64,000 nt of DNA. It comes from Octopus sinensis. Its lineage: Eukaryota. This document shows positions 12,695 to 26,516 of this stretch, piece by piece. The stretch lies in assembly GCF_006345805.1 (NCBI RefSeq), contig NC_043008.1, positions 21,576,001 through 21,640,000 of the forward strand, in the 5' to 3' direction. The position numbers and the translations under genes were made by a program. A model generated the notes under the pieces. It saw only the letters and a list, made by a program, of their open reading frames with translations. It was not told the DNA's origin and did not search any database. Position 1 is the stretch's first letter. Every line of letters starts with the position of its first letter.

Positions 12695-13046
12695 AACACC
12701 TTCTTACTCCCTTATTTCTTACGATGTACTCTATTCTGAAAACTCTATTGTAACAACTCAGTAATTATGTTTATAAATTTCCTGCTCTAAACTAACACCA
12801 ATTGTTTACCTGTTCATTTCTTTTTTCTACTTTACATGTAACCGCTCAATGATAAATAACTTATAGCCATTCATTACTAGACAGCCACAACACCATCTTT
12901 TTCTTTAGTCACAGTTCAAGTCATACTTTTAGATGGTAAGTCAACCTGAGCAGTTGTATATACATATTATATTTCACCATTAGATGAAATATATATATAT
13001 ACAAACATATATATGCACACATACATACAAACAAACATAAAATGCA

Positions 13047-13077
<31 letters not shown>

Positions 13078-13217
13078 AATATATATAAGATCAGCAACAA
13101 TTTAGATTCAAATGAATATGGTACTTAATTTAGATGCACCAGAATTTTGTATGGTGTTACCCATAAAAATTTGCGGGGTGATTATAATAAAAAATAAGCA
13201 ACAAGAATGATACCGGT

Positions 13218-13308
13218 AATTTGGTACAATTGTTTCATACTACAACATTTTATTAAAAGCTGTAAATATTACAGCAGATTTAAGATGCTGAGTATTCTTC
13301 AGCCAATT
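13218..13308 (-). ncRNA. Type-I hammerhead ribozyme with long helix II (left arm, minus strand)
   Basis: AAUUGG-CUGAAGA-AUACU.CAGCAU...GCUGUAA(UAU)UUACAGC...AUGUUG.U.AGUAU-GAA-ACAAUUGU-A-CCAAAUU; intact core, palindromic helix III. Confidence 0.75.
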
Positions 13309-13343
13309 TATATAGGCTTTCCAATAATATAAAAACCTATATA

Positions 13344-13434
13344 AATTGGCTGAAGAATACTCAGCATCTTAAATCTGCTATATTATTTACAGCTTTTAAT
13401 AAAATGTTGTAGTATGAAACAATCGTACAAAATT
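13344..13434 (+). ncRNA. Type-I hammerhead ribozyme (right arm, plus strand), slightly degenerate
   Basis: CUGAAGA 13350-13356, GAAA 13416-13419, GUA 13425-13427; G.A mismatch in helix I. Confidence 0.65.
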
Positions 13435-13734
13435 ACCGGAATCATTCTTGTTGCTTATTTTTGATATATATATATTGTAGATCAGGTAGGCATAATTCGC
13501 CCCTGCTTTTCAATCTCTGTATTTAAGCTAGACAAACTACTGCTGTAGTACACGTACTGCGTACACTCCTACAACACCGTTTTCTTTACGTGCTAAAAAG
13601 GCAGAAGCAAATCTGCCTTCAACTCAGTCGCGCGTCTGTGTTTCGCTTAATTTTTGTTTGTGTTTTACTAAATAAAGACCACAAGCTGCCTACCCTGACT
13701 AATTACTGACAGCACGTGCCTGATGTATATATAG

Positions 13735-13980
13735 TTCAAATTTACAGAAAAAAAAGACGAAGACGGTGTAGGAACGAGAAGTAGGTATATTAGTTTAATA
13801 CTCGAGAAGAATGGAAGTTTTTTACGTTTCGAGCCAACACTCTTTGGCAGAAAGGATTAAGAGAGAAAATAATTAGGGAGAGAATGAAAAACACCGGAAA
13901 GGAAAAATGTGTAGGGATAATCGGTTCGACATGGTAAAATGGCCAGAAGGAAGAAGCTGAATGAAAGGGAGATAATGACT
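13735..13980 (-). mobile_element. Degenerate copy of the short hammerhead element
   Basis: gacgaagacgg...tacgtttcgagccaacactctttggcagaaag; core decayed to CUGCCAA. Confidence 0.6.
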
Positions 13981-14245
13981 GTAACCCTGTCAAAATAATT
14001 GCTTAGTGCGCAATTGTGTACATGTATGAATGGTGTGTGTATATATGAATGGAGGTGAGTGTTTGAGTATGCATGTATGTATGTATAGGCGAGCTGAAAA
14101 ACATGTGGTCCTCTGTAGGTGTGTGTGCGTGTGTATATGTATGAGACTAACGCATGTGTGGCTATATATATGTGTGTGTATCTATATATATATGTATATC
14201 GATATATCTATATATCTATATGTATATATATATATATATATGTAA

Positions 14246-14279
<34 letters not shown>

Positions 14280-14309
14280 TGATTGATTGATTGAGTGATA
14301 GATAAATAG

Positions 14310-14389
<80 letters not shown>

Positions 14390-14952
14390 AGAGAGAGAGA
14401 GATGGCGTATATGAACCACCTTTCTTAAGTTGTTCCTAGTATCTGCCGTTAGATGGCAGCTACTGACTGATAATGATCTCATTTTGATTTTTCTATTAAC
14501 TATGCAATATCTGAACCCATTTCTGGCATTCATTTATTAAGTATAGATAACCATTTGGCATTGGCTATTTTGAAAATGATCCAATTAATCTTTAATATTC
14601 TTTGGTCTCACTGAATGAGTGTTATTCACGAATATATTTCTTAAATTTTGAATATTCTGCCATAACCTTGTGTGCTCTAGGGAAATTAGCTTCTAAATTG
14701 CTTGGAGTGCATGGAGATATATAACAGATTTTAATATTGCCAAAGGAAAGGGAAAATATCTTACCGCTGCTGCTGCTGCTGCTGTTGCTATTACTGTTGT
14801 TTTTGTTGTTTTTGTTTTTGTTTTGTTTTTTGTTGCTGTTATTTAACGAAAGTTGTTTATATGTCTTGCTGCCGATTTGTTTTGATGCGTAGTTTTTTCT
14901 TTCATCTTGTTTTCAATTATAACTTTTAGTTACTTCTCTATATGAAAAAGTG

Positions 14953-15112
14953 CCGGCGTGGCTGTGTGGTTAAGAAGCGCGCTTGACAACCCGTAGTTTC
15001 GATTTCAATGTTAGTACGCGGAAATTTGTGTGTGTACCAATATGGCCTCGGACCTACCAATGCCATGTTAGTGAATTTGGTACAAGGAAAATGTCTGAAA
15101 CCCGTCGTATAT
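14953..15112 (+). mobile_element. tRNA-derived SINE family A, 5' part
   Basis: ggcgtggctgtgtggttaagaag...aaacccgtcgtatatatg matches the head of the 39022 copy. Confidence 0.7.
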
Positions 15113-15176
15113 ATGTGTGTGTTTATGTGTATGTATGTAATATTTGTAAACAATCCCAAAAGGTTGTATGTGTATA

Positions 15177-15234
<58 letters not shown>

Positions 15235-15241
15235 AGTGTGT

Positions 15242-15470
15242 ATACGAGCAAAATGCCCCCGGTCCAATGGACGGTGCTGATGTACTTGCGCGTGCAAATG
15301 TACGTTTCCACGGCTTTATCGATCGCATTCTCACCTGGAATCGATTTTTGTAATTTTTTCATGACTTATACACGCCCTGATACCATCGGTATCTACATAT
15401 CAAATTTGAGCGCAATCGGATGGTGGATGCCCGAGATCCTAGAAGACACACACATTCTATATATATATAG
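15242..15470 (+). mobile_element. Non-autonomous Helitron/Helentron-like (HINE-type) element
   Basis: tacgagcaaaatgcccccgg-type start; atcaaatttgagcgcaatcgg subterminal motif; ctag followed by (CA)n and (TA)n end. Confidence 0.45.
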
Positions 15471-16016
15471 TATTCATTCTGTCTGTGTGTGTGTCTTCTA
15501 GGATCTCGGGCATTATTATTATTTAGCCAACGAGATATAAAGATAGTTAATTTGATATAGCGTTCGTATAAGATTGTTTGTTTTTTTGAAATTAGCTATT
15601 TCATCTTTAAATATGAAAAATGAATTTATTAGGTCTTTATTATATATGCATATATATATTTATAGAGATTATTTTAGATCTTAATTATAATATTTATGTA
15701 CATTTATATATTTTCATTGATAATTTATATATTATTTGAATTTTATATTTTTAATAATATAATAGTTTTTTTGTAAAATATTTATGTAATTAGATATTGA
15801 ATATTACTGATATTAGATTATGGGTGGGTTTCTTACCTTAAAAATTAATACTTAAAAATTAAAATTAATATTTAACATTATAATTGATGTTTTGATTTAA
15901 TCATAAGCGTTAAGTTTCTAGTTTGATAATAGAGTTTTTTATAAGTAAAATTATTATATTATTTATTTCTTTAAAATATTGTTTAAATATTTCTGTTTAC
16001 TTATTAAAATATTACA

Positions 16017-16118
16017 ATTAACCTGAAGATTGACTGTAACCATAATTCGAATTATTAATTGAATTTAAATTATTGTTATTCGAATTGGTTACGGGCATGA
16101 AATGATCGTAGTGTTTTT
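16017..16118 (+). ncRNA. Degenerate type-I hammerhead with long helix II
   Basis: CUGAAGA 16023-16029; helix II UGACUGUAACC/GGUUACGGGCA extended by AAUUCGAAU/AUUCGAAUU; GAAA-UGAUCGU-A, one transition from palindrome ACGAUCGU; helix I weak. Confidence 0.45.
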
Positions 16119-16393
16119 ACTATTTATCTTATATTAAACATTTAATACTTTTTGATAGTTATATAATTTACAAAAAAAAAAATAAATAAATAAATAAATA
16201 AAATAAAATAATAAAATAATAAAATAATAATAATAAATAAATAAATAAACAAATATATATATATATTTAAAATTTATAAGTTTAAATTATTTAAATAATT
16301 TTTAAAATTCTAACTTTAATTTAAATATTTTAATTTGCAATTTTATGATTTTCACTGTTTGATTTGCCTAATAGTGGTTTTATCTCTAATTTA

Positions 16394-16424
<31 letters not shown>

Positions 16425-16724
16425 GTGTATGTATGTATGTATGTATGTATGTATGTATGTATGTATGTATGTATGTATGTATGTATGTATAATAAGAGCA
16501 ACATCTGAGCAGCGCAACATGCCAGAAGAGGGCGCCAAATGGCTATAAAACTACCTTATTTATCACAGACACGGGCTACTCAGTTTTGACCCTATTATAA
16601 TTATAGAATTTAATACTTTGTATCAATTTTTACCTAAATGGATTTTTACATGCTAGCTGCTTGATAAAAGCCTTTATACATTTTATCGCTGATTATAATG
16701 ATATGTATGTAAGTATATATATTC

Positions 16725-17057
16725 TTCTTCACTTACTTATTTCTGAGTGCGTTGTGGGGCAGATTCCGCAAGCATGCCTTCCTTCGTGTCCTCTCAGAAG
16801 CAACCGTCTCCAGTTGATCTTTAAGCGAGACCAACGAAGCCCCTCAATGTTATCCAACCATTTTGTGCGTGGTCTATTTCTCGGTTTCCTGCCAGTTGGT
16901 TTTTACCTGCAAAATATGTTCAGCAATTCTTTCTTGGGACATTCTTACCACATGTCCGTAGTATCGGAGCTGTGATCTCTTAATTCGGAGAAGTAGTGTC
17001 TCTACTTGTAACTTCTCACTGATCTCTAATCTATGTACTCTATCAAATAATGTTACT
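16725..17057 (-). mobile_element. RTE-clade LINE 3' fragment
   Basis: Minus translation LLLRIKRSQLRYYGHVVRMSQERIA, matching the RTE C-terminal LRW(Y)GHV.RM motif. Confidence 0.75.
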
Positions 17058-17172
17058 CTGTGGAAGAGCGTAGGCTCGAAACGTTAAAGATATTTTCACT
17101 TCCCGAGTGTTAAACTAATACATCTACACCACCTGTCTTCGTCTTTTGTTCTTTTGTGAATTCTCCCCCCCC
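17058..17172 (+). mobile_element. Short hammerhead element (A6U family), plus-strand copy truncated at the ribozyme core
   Basis: CUGUGGA-A-GAGC(GUAG)GCUC-GAA-ACGU-U-AAAG at 17058-17089, then the family body, ending at (TA)n. Confidence 0.75.
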
Positions 17173-17289
17173 CATATATATATATATATATGTATGTATG
17201 TGTATGTGAGTGTGTGCGTGTATATATATATATACATATATATATATATGCGTGTCCGCTTGTTTCTTTGTGTTCATTCCTCATATTTG

Positions 17290-17460
17290 AAAATCACTGT
17301 TCGTTTGCTTACGTCCCCCTACATGGTAGTTCGGCAAAAGAGACCGACAGAAGGTATACGAGACTTAGAAAATTAGCAGTGAGATCTCCATCTTCGACTA
17401 ACCCCTTCAAGGCATTACTCCAGCATGGTCGCTTTCCAGTGGCTGAAATAAGTGAGAGGT
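17290..17460 (+). mobile_element. SINE family A, diverged 3' part
   Basis: cttacgtcccc...ttcggcaaaagagaccga...ctccagcatgg. Confidence 0.6.
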
Positions 17461-18282
17461 AAAATATAAAAGATTTAAATTAAAAAGTTGATAATATAAA
17501 AATAAGCAAATTAACGTTCCTTTGTGGTTTCAAAAGACAGTAAATGGAGAAGCAGCACTTCCTTTTCACATGTGACCCATTGCAAGTAATGTGAATATGT
17601 CTCTCTGAAAGAAAATCCTTAATTCCTCATAATCTGATAGAGATGTGTGGGACGAAAAGAGAGCGAAATGACACAAGCACAACTTGGAATCGAACTTATA
17701 CCTTCTCATGTAGTCGTTGCTTTTTACCGCTGGTTCATTCCTGATATACTATGTGTTTTCAAAATGTACATAAGACAAAGTTATCCAGTCAGTCACTATG
17801 CTATGTTTTGAGTGAGATTTTGCTTCTATTTCTAAAAGTTCAAGCAACCATAAAGAAGTACTACAAATGTATTTATTGATGTATGCAAAATTAAAGCAAT
17901 CTGACTTTTGCAAAATTGCTACTTTATGCAAAAATAATCATAAATTTAGGAAAAAAAAACCCAACTATGTAAGACAACACACTGGTCAATGAATTTACAT
18001 TGTGCGTAAGCGCATGTGCAGATGTGTAATTGCGTGTGTGTGTGGGGGGTAGTGTTCGTGCGCCCACAACTCATTCTGTGTATTTGTATATGTGTCTATG
18101 TGTATGTATATACATTTATATATAATATGATATGTATGTATATGTATACGTATTTGTGTGTATCCACTTGTATATGTATCTATATACAAGCATACTTACA
18201 TATATACATATGCATACATACATGAACAAATATGTATGTATATGTGTGTATATGCATCTATCTATTTATTTATCTATCTATG

Positions 18283-18314
<32 letters not shown>

Positions 18315-19160
18315 AATATTCGGTTAACTGATACTGTCTAGCTGAGTCTCTCTCAGAAGTTTACGAAACTTGAAGTTGCATGGGTTCGAAGAAAACACTT
18401 TTAAATAATGTACATAAGAGCATCCCGTATTTTCTTTTCCAGGTATATCTAGATCCACTTATCGAATCAGGCCGTACTTTTCCACCTTTTAGGAGGTTTT
18501 GGTTGCGTTTTTTAGCTTATCGTTAGATTATTTAGAGTTCTTCCTTTCCAATAAATGCTTGTATTGATACGCGTGGAATTAAAGTAATTGGGTTTCGTTA
18601 AACTGCGAGTGAATGCATAAACAGCGATATCAGCAGAGGTGGAAGGGCTAAGGTGACAAACAGACCATGCTATTTAGTGGGTTTTCTTGTTAATATTTAT
18701 TGCAAAGTGTCAGAGAAGAGAGAAAAAGTAAGAGATGGAAGAACAAACGAATAGAAGAATGTAAGAATAGAGTGTTGTATTACATCAACGTAACAAGGCG
18801 ATATAAACAGAATATGGAAATATTTAGCACGCTGAGATTCACTTCTATTCAAATTAGGAAGCATTAAATGGACTCTGCTGCGTAAAGGTAATTAGAGACT
18901 ACAGGTGTTAATTAGTATCGGCCATTCAATAAATATACGTATATTGCTTTCCTTTCAGCAAAGCTCACAATTACCTTGGGTAAATCGCTTCCAGTTGCGA
19001 AAGAGCGGGATTTATTAACGGTTATGAAGTTTGATTTAATGCATCTCCCTCCCACCCCTCTCTCACTTTAAAAATATATCTGTCTGTCTGTCTGTCTGAC
19101 TGTAAAGATGTTCGTTTATTATTCAGTCAGAATGTGCACGTGTGTCACTAGATCTACGTC

Positions 19161-19223
<63 letters not shown>

Positions 19224-19227
<4 letters not shown>

Positions 19228-20487
19228 GTCATCCCATAAGTTCTGTCCGAATTTTAAATAAAGAAAACAAGTGATCAAATGTTATATTTAATTGAAATTT
19301 AATCATCAATGTACTTTCCCTGAATATTTATGACTTCCTTCTATCTATTTACAAGTTTTTTAATTCCATCAACGTAAAAGTCTTTTGGTTTCAAAGCGAA
19401 GAACTCTGAAATGTCAGTTTCGACCTCCTCCTAGATTGTGAAAGTTATGTCCCCCAAATGATTCTGTAAACTAGGAAACAAATGGTAGTCTGAAAGAGCA
19501 AGGTCGGGAGAATAAGGTGGATGAGGAATTTTTTCCCAACCAAGCCCTTCGATCTTCTGTGATGTGATCTTTGCAGTGTGGGGACGCACATTGCCCTGCT
19601 GAAGCATCACTTCACTTCGATTCACTAAAGCGTGTCTTTTTTATTCAAAGCTTGGTTCAAACGCTCTAATTACTGATAGTAGACTTGAGCATTGATTGTT
19701 GCATTAGGTGGTAGCAATTCAATGTGAATTGCTCCTTTGCAATCCCACCAAATAGTTCCTTTCTTGGTTGCAATTCCATACTTTTCCCCTTTTACCAAGC
19801 CACTATTTAAGACGTTTAACATTTCGATAGAAGATCCACTTTTCGTCACCAGTCACAAGTCTATCCAAAAAGGGTGAAATGAGTTTGTGAGAATGGAGAG
19901 AAGAGCAGATGTCAATACGGCATTTGCGGTTGCTTTCGGACAATTTATGAAGCACCCATTTTCTAAGTTTAGGAACCTTTCCTAATTGTTGAAGATAATG
20001 ATGAACATTTGTACTGTTTGAACTAAGCTTTATGACCAATTCTTCAAATGATAATACAGGATTTTCTTCAAGTAATGCCGCAAGGAGCTTATCATCAAAC
20101 TCAACTGGACGTCCTGTTCGATCTTCATCTTCAAGGCTGAAATCTCCACTTCTGAATTTTGCAAACCATCTTCTGCAAGTTCTTTCTTTCAAGCATTCTT
20201 TCCCATAAACTGAGTGTAGGCTTCGAGTCTCTTCGGCTGCAGAGTTTCCTTTTTTGTACTCATAAAGTATCATGGGTCTTAAATGCTCATTGGATACTTC
20301 CATGTTAGAAAGAGTTTTAATGAAAGAAACTTAAATCTATTATTCTGTAAAATAATATTTAATTAGTTTAAATGTACACAAATGCATAAAAATAATTTTT
20401 TATTTCATTAGATATTCTAAAATACTATTAAATTTCATTCAATTTAAAAAAAAGGTAGAATTGGACATAACTTATGCGATGATCTGA
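19224..20487 (-). mobile_element. Mariner (DD34D) transposon, ~1264 bp, internally deleted
   Basis: TIRs TA|tcaggtcatcccataagttctgtcc and ggacataacttatgcgatgatctga|TA. Confidence 0.92.
19299..20303 (-). pseudogene. Mariner transposase, disrupted
   Basis: RRWFAKFRSGDFSLEDEDRTGRP, LDRLVTGDEKWIFY and HPPYSPDLALSDYHLF motifs. Confidence 0.92.
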
Positions 20488-20544
20488 TATATATACGCAT
20501 ACATAGATATGCATTATACATACATACATACATATATATATAAA

Positions 20545-20855
20545 GGAGCACTCCGTCGGTTACGACGACGAGGGTCCCAGCTGGTACGATCAACGGAACA
20601 GCTTGCTCATGAAATTAACATGCAAGTGACTGAGCAATCCACAGACACGTGTACCCTTAACGTAGTTCTCGGGGATAATCAGCGTGACACAAAGTGTGAC
20701 AAGGCCGGCCCTTTGAAATATAGGAACAACTCATTTTTGCCAGCTAAGGGGACTGGAGCAACGTGAAATAAAGTGTCTTGCTCAAGGACACCACGCGTCA
20801 CTAGGAATCGAACTCACGACCTTACAATCGTGAGCCGAATGCCCTAACCATTAAG

Positions 20856-20858
<3 letters not shown>
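20545..20858 (-). mobile_element. tRNA-derived SINE family B
   Basis: Reverse complement matches the 43074 copy (gcactccgtcggttacgacgacgagggt...). Confidence 0.8.
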
Positions 20859-20925
<67 letters not shown>

Positions 20926-22869
20926 TTGTATGTATCTCCACATTCATAGTTTGTGTGTATATATACACACAGTATACCTATATACACATTCACATACTAG
21001 AACGACATATTTGGATGAAGACAAAGACGACTGGTGCATGAGAGTTGTATTATCGTTTCTAGAATAAAAAGTGAGGACCTCGGCTGATTTGAACGGAGAG
21101 CGGAAAGAGACATTTGATATTAATTTTGGTTTTTCCCAAATGTACAAAACCACAAAGAGTCTTTCGACACCATCAACTCCATTTTAATTGGCCATTATTT
21201 CATCAAGCCCTAATGATTAGACGAAATAATCATCCTTTTAATAGTCATATTTGTGACTATTAAAATGATGCAAGACGAGGGTAAGTTCATAAAGGGACAT
21301 AGCTAAACCCCAAAAGGCATATTTAGATTTCTATCTCTTCTAATTCAATATCGATTTAATCTCAGATATGATCATTTAGTTGAGAGAAGAATATCCTTAC
21401 TGAAACAGAGTAATCAGTAACGCAAGGAACCACTTTTAAATGAACCTATCTCTTTCGCTATTAATGCGTACTAAATCAGCTGCATATCATATTTATCCTG
21501 TTTCATTTAGTGCAACAATTTCTACTACCCTCTGCTCTCGTTTCTTTTTATTTTTAGACATTTTACTACCACCAGACATATTCCTCAATATTTTCACACG
21601 CAGCACAGCTGTTCACTGAAATACAATCTCCGTTCACGTTATTAAGGGCATGAGACGTTTTGTCACAACCGGTTCGGCGCTGCCTAGTTGGCGTCACGGA
21701 TTCGGAGATGACTTGCTTGACATCAGACGCTTTGGAATTTTCTCTGGTTCTCTCTTTCTTCTTCCCTCCTTCACTTTCCTCCCCCTATCATTCACTTTGT
21801 TTCTCCCTTTCTCAATGGTTATATGCGTGAGCTTATTTCATTTTATGTATATAAGGAAATGGAGAGTGTTAAATTAGCAGATTGCAATATCTCCTTTGCT
21901 CTCCCTCTCTCTGGCTCTTTTACTATCTATCTCTATGTGTATGTTTCTACACGCGCGTATGTATATTCGTGTGCGTTCATCTCCAGTATCAAAATGTAGT
22001 ATCGCCAAAACAGGTTGAATACTCTGTTAGTTGTGCCAACAGGCCAGCGTCCAAACAGCCGTGCCCATTTGTCTTACTCTGTGTTAATTAATACGTAGCT
22101 CAAGGCGTTCCAGCCATAAGCAAAACTTTTTTGACTTTTCTCTCAAAATAACTACAACTGAATTATCCAACGGGTTTTAAATTTTATATTATATCTTTTA
22201 TTTTATTTTTAAGGTGTAATCTGTGTGAAATTTGGCTATAATTTCTAGCAGATTGAGATTCCTTTGAGGCTTCAAGTCTACACACAGTCAGCGATTTATT
22301 CTACAATGTGAAAGTCAAAAACGAAAATTTCAAAATGGACATCACAAAAGTTACATTGATCATAACAAAGAACCTTCAAAGTTCATACGGCTTCTCTTTT
22401 CACAAATAAACAGTGAACATCACTGACAACAATCACAACAACAATAAAAGCCGAAACAAAAAATAATGCATTATAACAAGAATAAACTTGATTGAAATAT
22501 TCTTTATTTTATTTAGCAAATCAGAATAGGTGTGGCAATAATTAAAGACTGAATTGTCTATTCGCTTACTTGGCGAACTGTATAATCTTTTTGTTCTTTA
22601 CTTGTGAAGGAAATGAGTGAAGCCTAGTGGCCAGTTGATCTATCAAGTGAAGTGAGGTTTCGGCTCAGTGAGTGTTGATCGTTGCGTAATAATGTTGGCC
22701 AGTGGAAGATTTCGAAACGGTATGCATTCTTTTCTTATGAAACCATCAGCTTGCTACTGCCCGGTATGCAGAACTTTCAAATAACAGCTCTTGTTTCTGC
22801 AAGGTGTTTGCAAATAATCTATATCTATATATGTGTGTGTGTGCCTCTGTGTGTATATATAGATATCTA

Positions 22870-23100
22870 TATGTAACAACCCTTCATCAGTTGTCGGCTG
22901 TCTATCTACTCCTTATTTCGACTATTCAACGACAATATAAGTGTTCAAAGTCATACATTCTAAAATAAAACTTATAGTTCATGGAGGGTTAAAATTGGAA
23001 ACAACAACAGGACAGTGGAGACATACAAGGAAACAGAACGAAAACAAACATGGAGGGTCGTCAGACCAGAACGACAGGAAAATATTGAACGTTATAAGAA
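22870..23100 (-). mobile_element. Penelope-like fragment with half a hammerhead (CUGAUGA-A-GGG), cut off by TA repeats
   Basis: Minus strand gacagccgacaaCUGAUGAAGGG; tcatcag at 22884-22890. Confidence 0.4.
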
Positions 23101-23303
23101 ACATTTTTTTGAAAAAAGAAAAGATAGAAGAGAGAGGTAAAAAAAATGTCCGTTCTTTATACAGAAAGGTCCGTTCTTTATACGCGTACATATATGTATG
23201 CATATCTCCGCATGATATATATGGAAGTGTGCAAGATTAAATTCATATATATATATATATGGGTGTGTGTGTGCATATATATATATATATGTGTGTGTGT
23301 CCG

Positions 23304-23342
<39 letters not shown>

Positions 23343-23889
23343 GTGTGGACGGGAGAGTGTATGTATGTATATGTCTGTGTATGACTGTGAATGCTTGCTT
23401 GTCTGAATAGTTTATAAACCAGGCAAAACAAATAAAGAAACAAATAACGAAGTAAATAAATAACAAACGATATGAAAGAAAGAAAGGAAAGAAGGAAGAC
23501 GGAAACGAAAGTGAAAGTAGAGAATCCTGTATATAATGTATTAGGTTAAAAAATACGAGCTAAATTAGTGTCCAACTATTTTAAGCTGACAACTGTAAGA
23601 TAAAAAAATAAAAATCCTTCAGTGAATATAAATGTGATATTGCTTGAGCAATTTAGTAAATAGATTCTTAACGGCTTAAGATTTAACAAAATTATCCTAC
23701 GAAATGACATTCACGCTTATTTTGTATCTTGGCTCCAACCACTTCCTCTGTGTATTTTATATTCATAACCACGAAACTAGTAGATTGTTTTTCTTTTTCT
23801 TTTGTTTTATTCTTTGTTTTTTTTTCATAATCACTAGAATCTTAACGTCAGGAATTATGCTGAAACATTAACGATCTAACACGTACTAC

Positions 23890-25020
<1,131 letters not shown>

Positions 25021-25224
25021 ACAGATGTAGACATCCATTAAACAAAGAGCAATTACCTTGCCATTGTTACGAGTGTCTGTATCTTTTGATATTCTTCAAC
25101 ACGCCTCTTTTATTAACACTAGGTTGCAGGAATGGCAGGTGTAGTACAATACAGTACTAAATACCTTGAGGTCTCGATCATCTTCTTTCCTTCAGCTTTA
25201 GCGAGAACTTAAATCTATGGAAAG

Positions 25225-25840
25225 GAGAAGGAAGAGGAGGAGGGGTAGGAGGAGGGAAAAGTGGAGGAAGGGGAAGTGGGAGGAGGAGGAGGAAGAGGAG
25301 GTGGTGGTGATGGTGGTGGGGGTGGAATAGAATTTGCATTTCGTCCCTCTGATTTTCGTAGAATAAGCACTCATCATGTTAGTCAATATAATGGTAATCT
25401 TTTTTTTATGAATGTTAATCTTTGCGGAAAAATGTGGTTTATTGATATTTAGAACTAGTACCACCACCACCACTACCGCCACCATCATCATTACCTGCAT
25501 TACCCACCAGCACCAGCAACACCACCAGCAACACCACTAGCACCACGACTAACACGACCAACACCATCACCTGCATTACCCACCACCTTCATCACCACGA
25601 TACCACCACCACCACCACCACCACGACTACCACCACAACTACCACCACTACCACCACCTCAACCACCACCACCTCTACCTCCACCACCACTACCACCGCC
25701 ATCACCACCACCACCTCTACCACCACCACTACCACCACCATTATCACCTGCATTGCCCACCACCATACCACCACCACCAGCACCACCACCACCACCACCA
25801 CCACCGCCAACACCACCGTCGCCACCACCACCACCACCGT
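25225..25840. repeat. (GGA)n/(GGT)n then (CAC)n low-complexity tracts
   Basis: Seen directly. Confidence 0.9.
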
Positions 25841-26228
25841 CTCTTTCTATTCATAAGCGGACGGAGAAGAACAGCTGAAAGAAGACGCTTTCTGATCGTT
25901 TTGTTTTAACTGTTGCTACTTTTGTTGTGCTGAGATCAATTCTCATCGTCTCAGCTAGTCGTGGCTGAGTGGGTGACTTTGGGAATTTTTTAAGTTTCTG
26001 AAAATGAGGACGAGGACTGTTGGTGATTCCAGTATTGTGCATTGTGCAACCTTAGAACCAGTAAACATCATTATTTGCTATGGTGCTATGTTTGCTCCTT
26101 TAAATGATTTTAAATGACTTTAGCTGCCACACTTATACCAGCTGGGTATCCTGCTTCATAAGTCGAGCTTTTAAACAGCTGCTCAGTATTCTCCAGAGGA
26201 CATCGCGCTGGTTTATTGCGTGCCTGTA

Positions 26229-26481
26229 TACTCATACTCTTTTACTCTTTTACTTGCTTCAGTCATTTCACTGTGGCCATGCTGGAGCACCGCCTTTTTA
26301 TTCGAGCACATCGACCCCAGGACATATTCTTTGTAAGCCTAGTACTTATTTTATCGGTCTCTTTTGCCGAACCGCTAAGTTACGGAGACGTAAACACACC
26401 AGCATCGGTTGTCAAGCGATGTTGGGGGGACAAACACAGACACACAAACATATACACATACATACATACATATACATACAT

Positions 26482-26516
<35 letters not shown>

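Larger units (their letters stand above)
13190..13462. repeat. Near-perfect palindrome, ~130-bp arms (about 6 mismatches) with a ~13-nt spacer
   Basis: Arm 13191-13320 is the reverse complement of ~13334-13461 (aligned by eye). Confidence 0.95.

Noticed and set aside
15514-16170. Mitochondrial insertion (NUMT)
   Set aside because: Composition is suggestive, but I found no conserved 12S/16S motif or translatable mt gene, and a hammerhead remnant points to a retroelement; needs BLAST to exclude
16522-16535. CTCF-like motif ccagaagagggcgc
   Set aside because: Single imperfect match with no context; expected by chance in 64 kb
18427-18525. Acceptor plus short ORF (VYLDPLIESGR...)
   Set aside because: Ends in a stop after 27 codons, with no donor and no recognisable homology
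21575-21780. Open minus-strand frame of ~60-70 codons
   Set aside because: No ATG, no splice acceptor and no recognisable motif
23771-23782. GAAACUAGUA hammerhead 3' half
   Set aside because: No CUGANGA or helix II upstream
25056-25200. Possible small minus-strand exons with a 46-nt intron
   Set aside because: Intron is very short, product is a short unrecognised peptide, and such signals are common by chance
25859-25897. Possible terminal exon encoding DGEEQLKEDAF-stop
   Set aside because: No upstream exons could be linked and the peptide is not recognised
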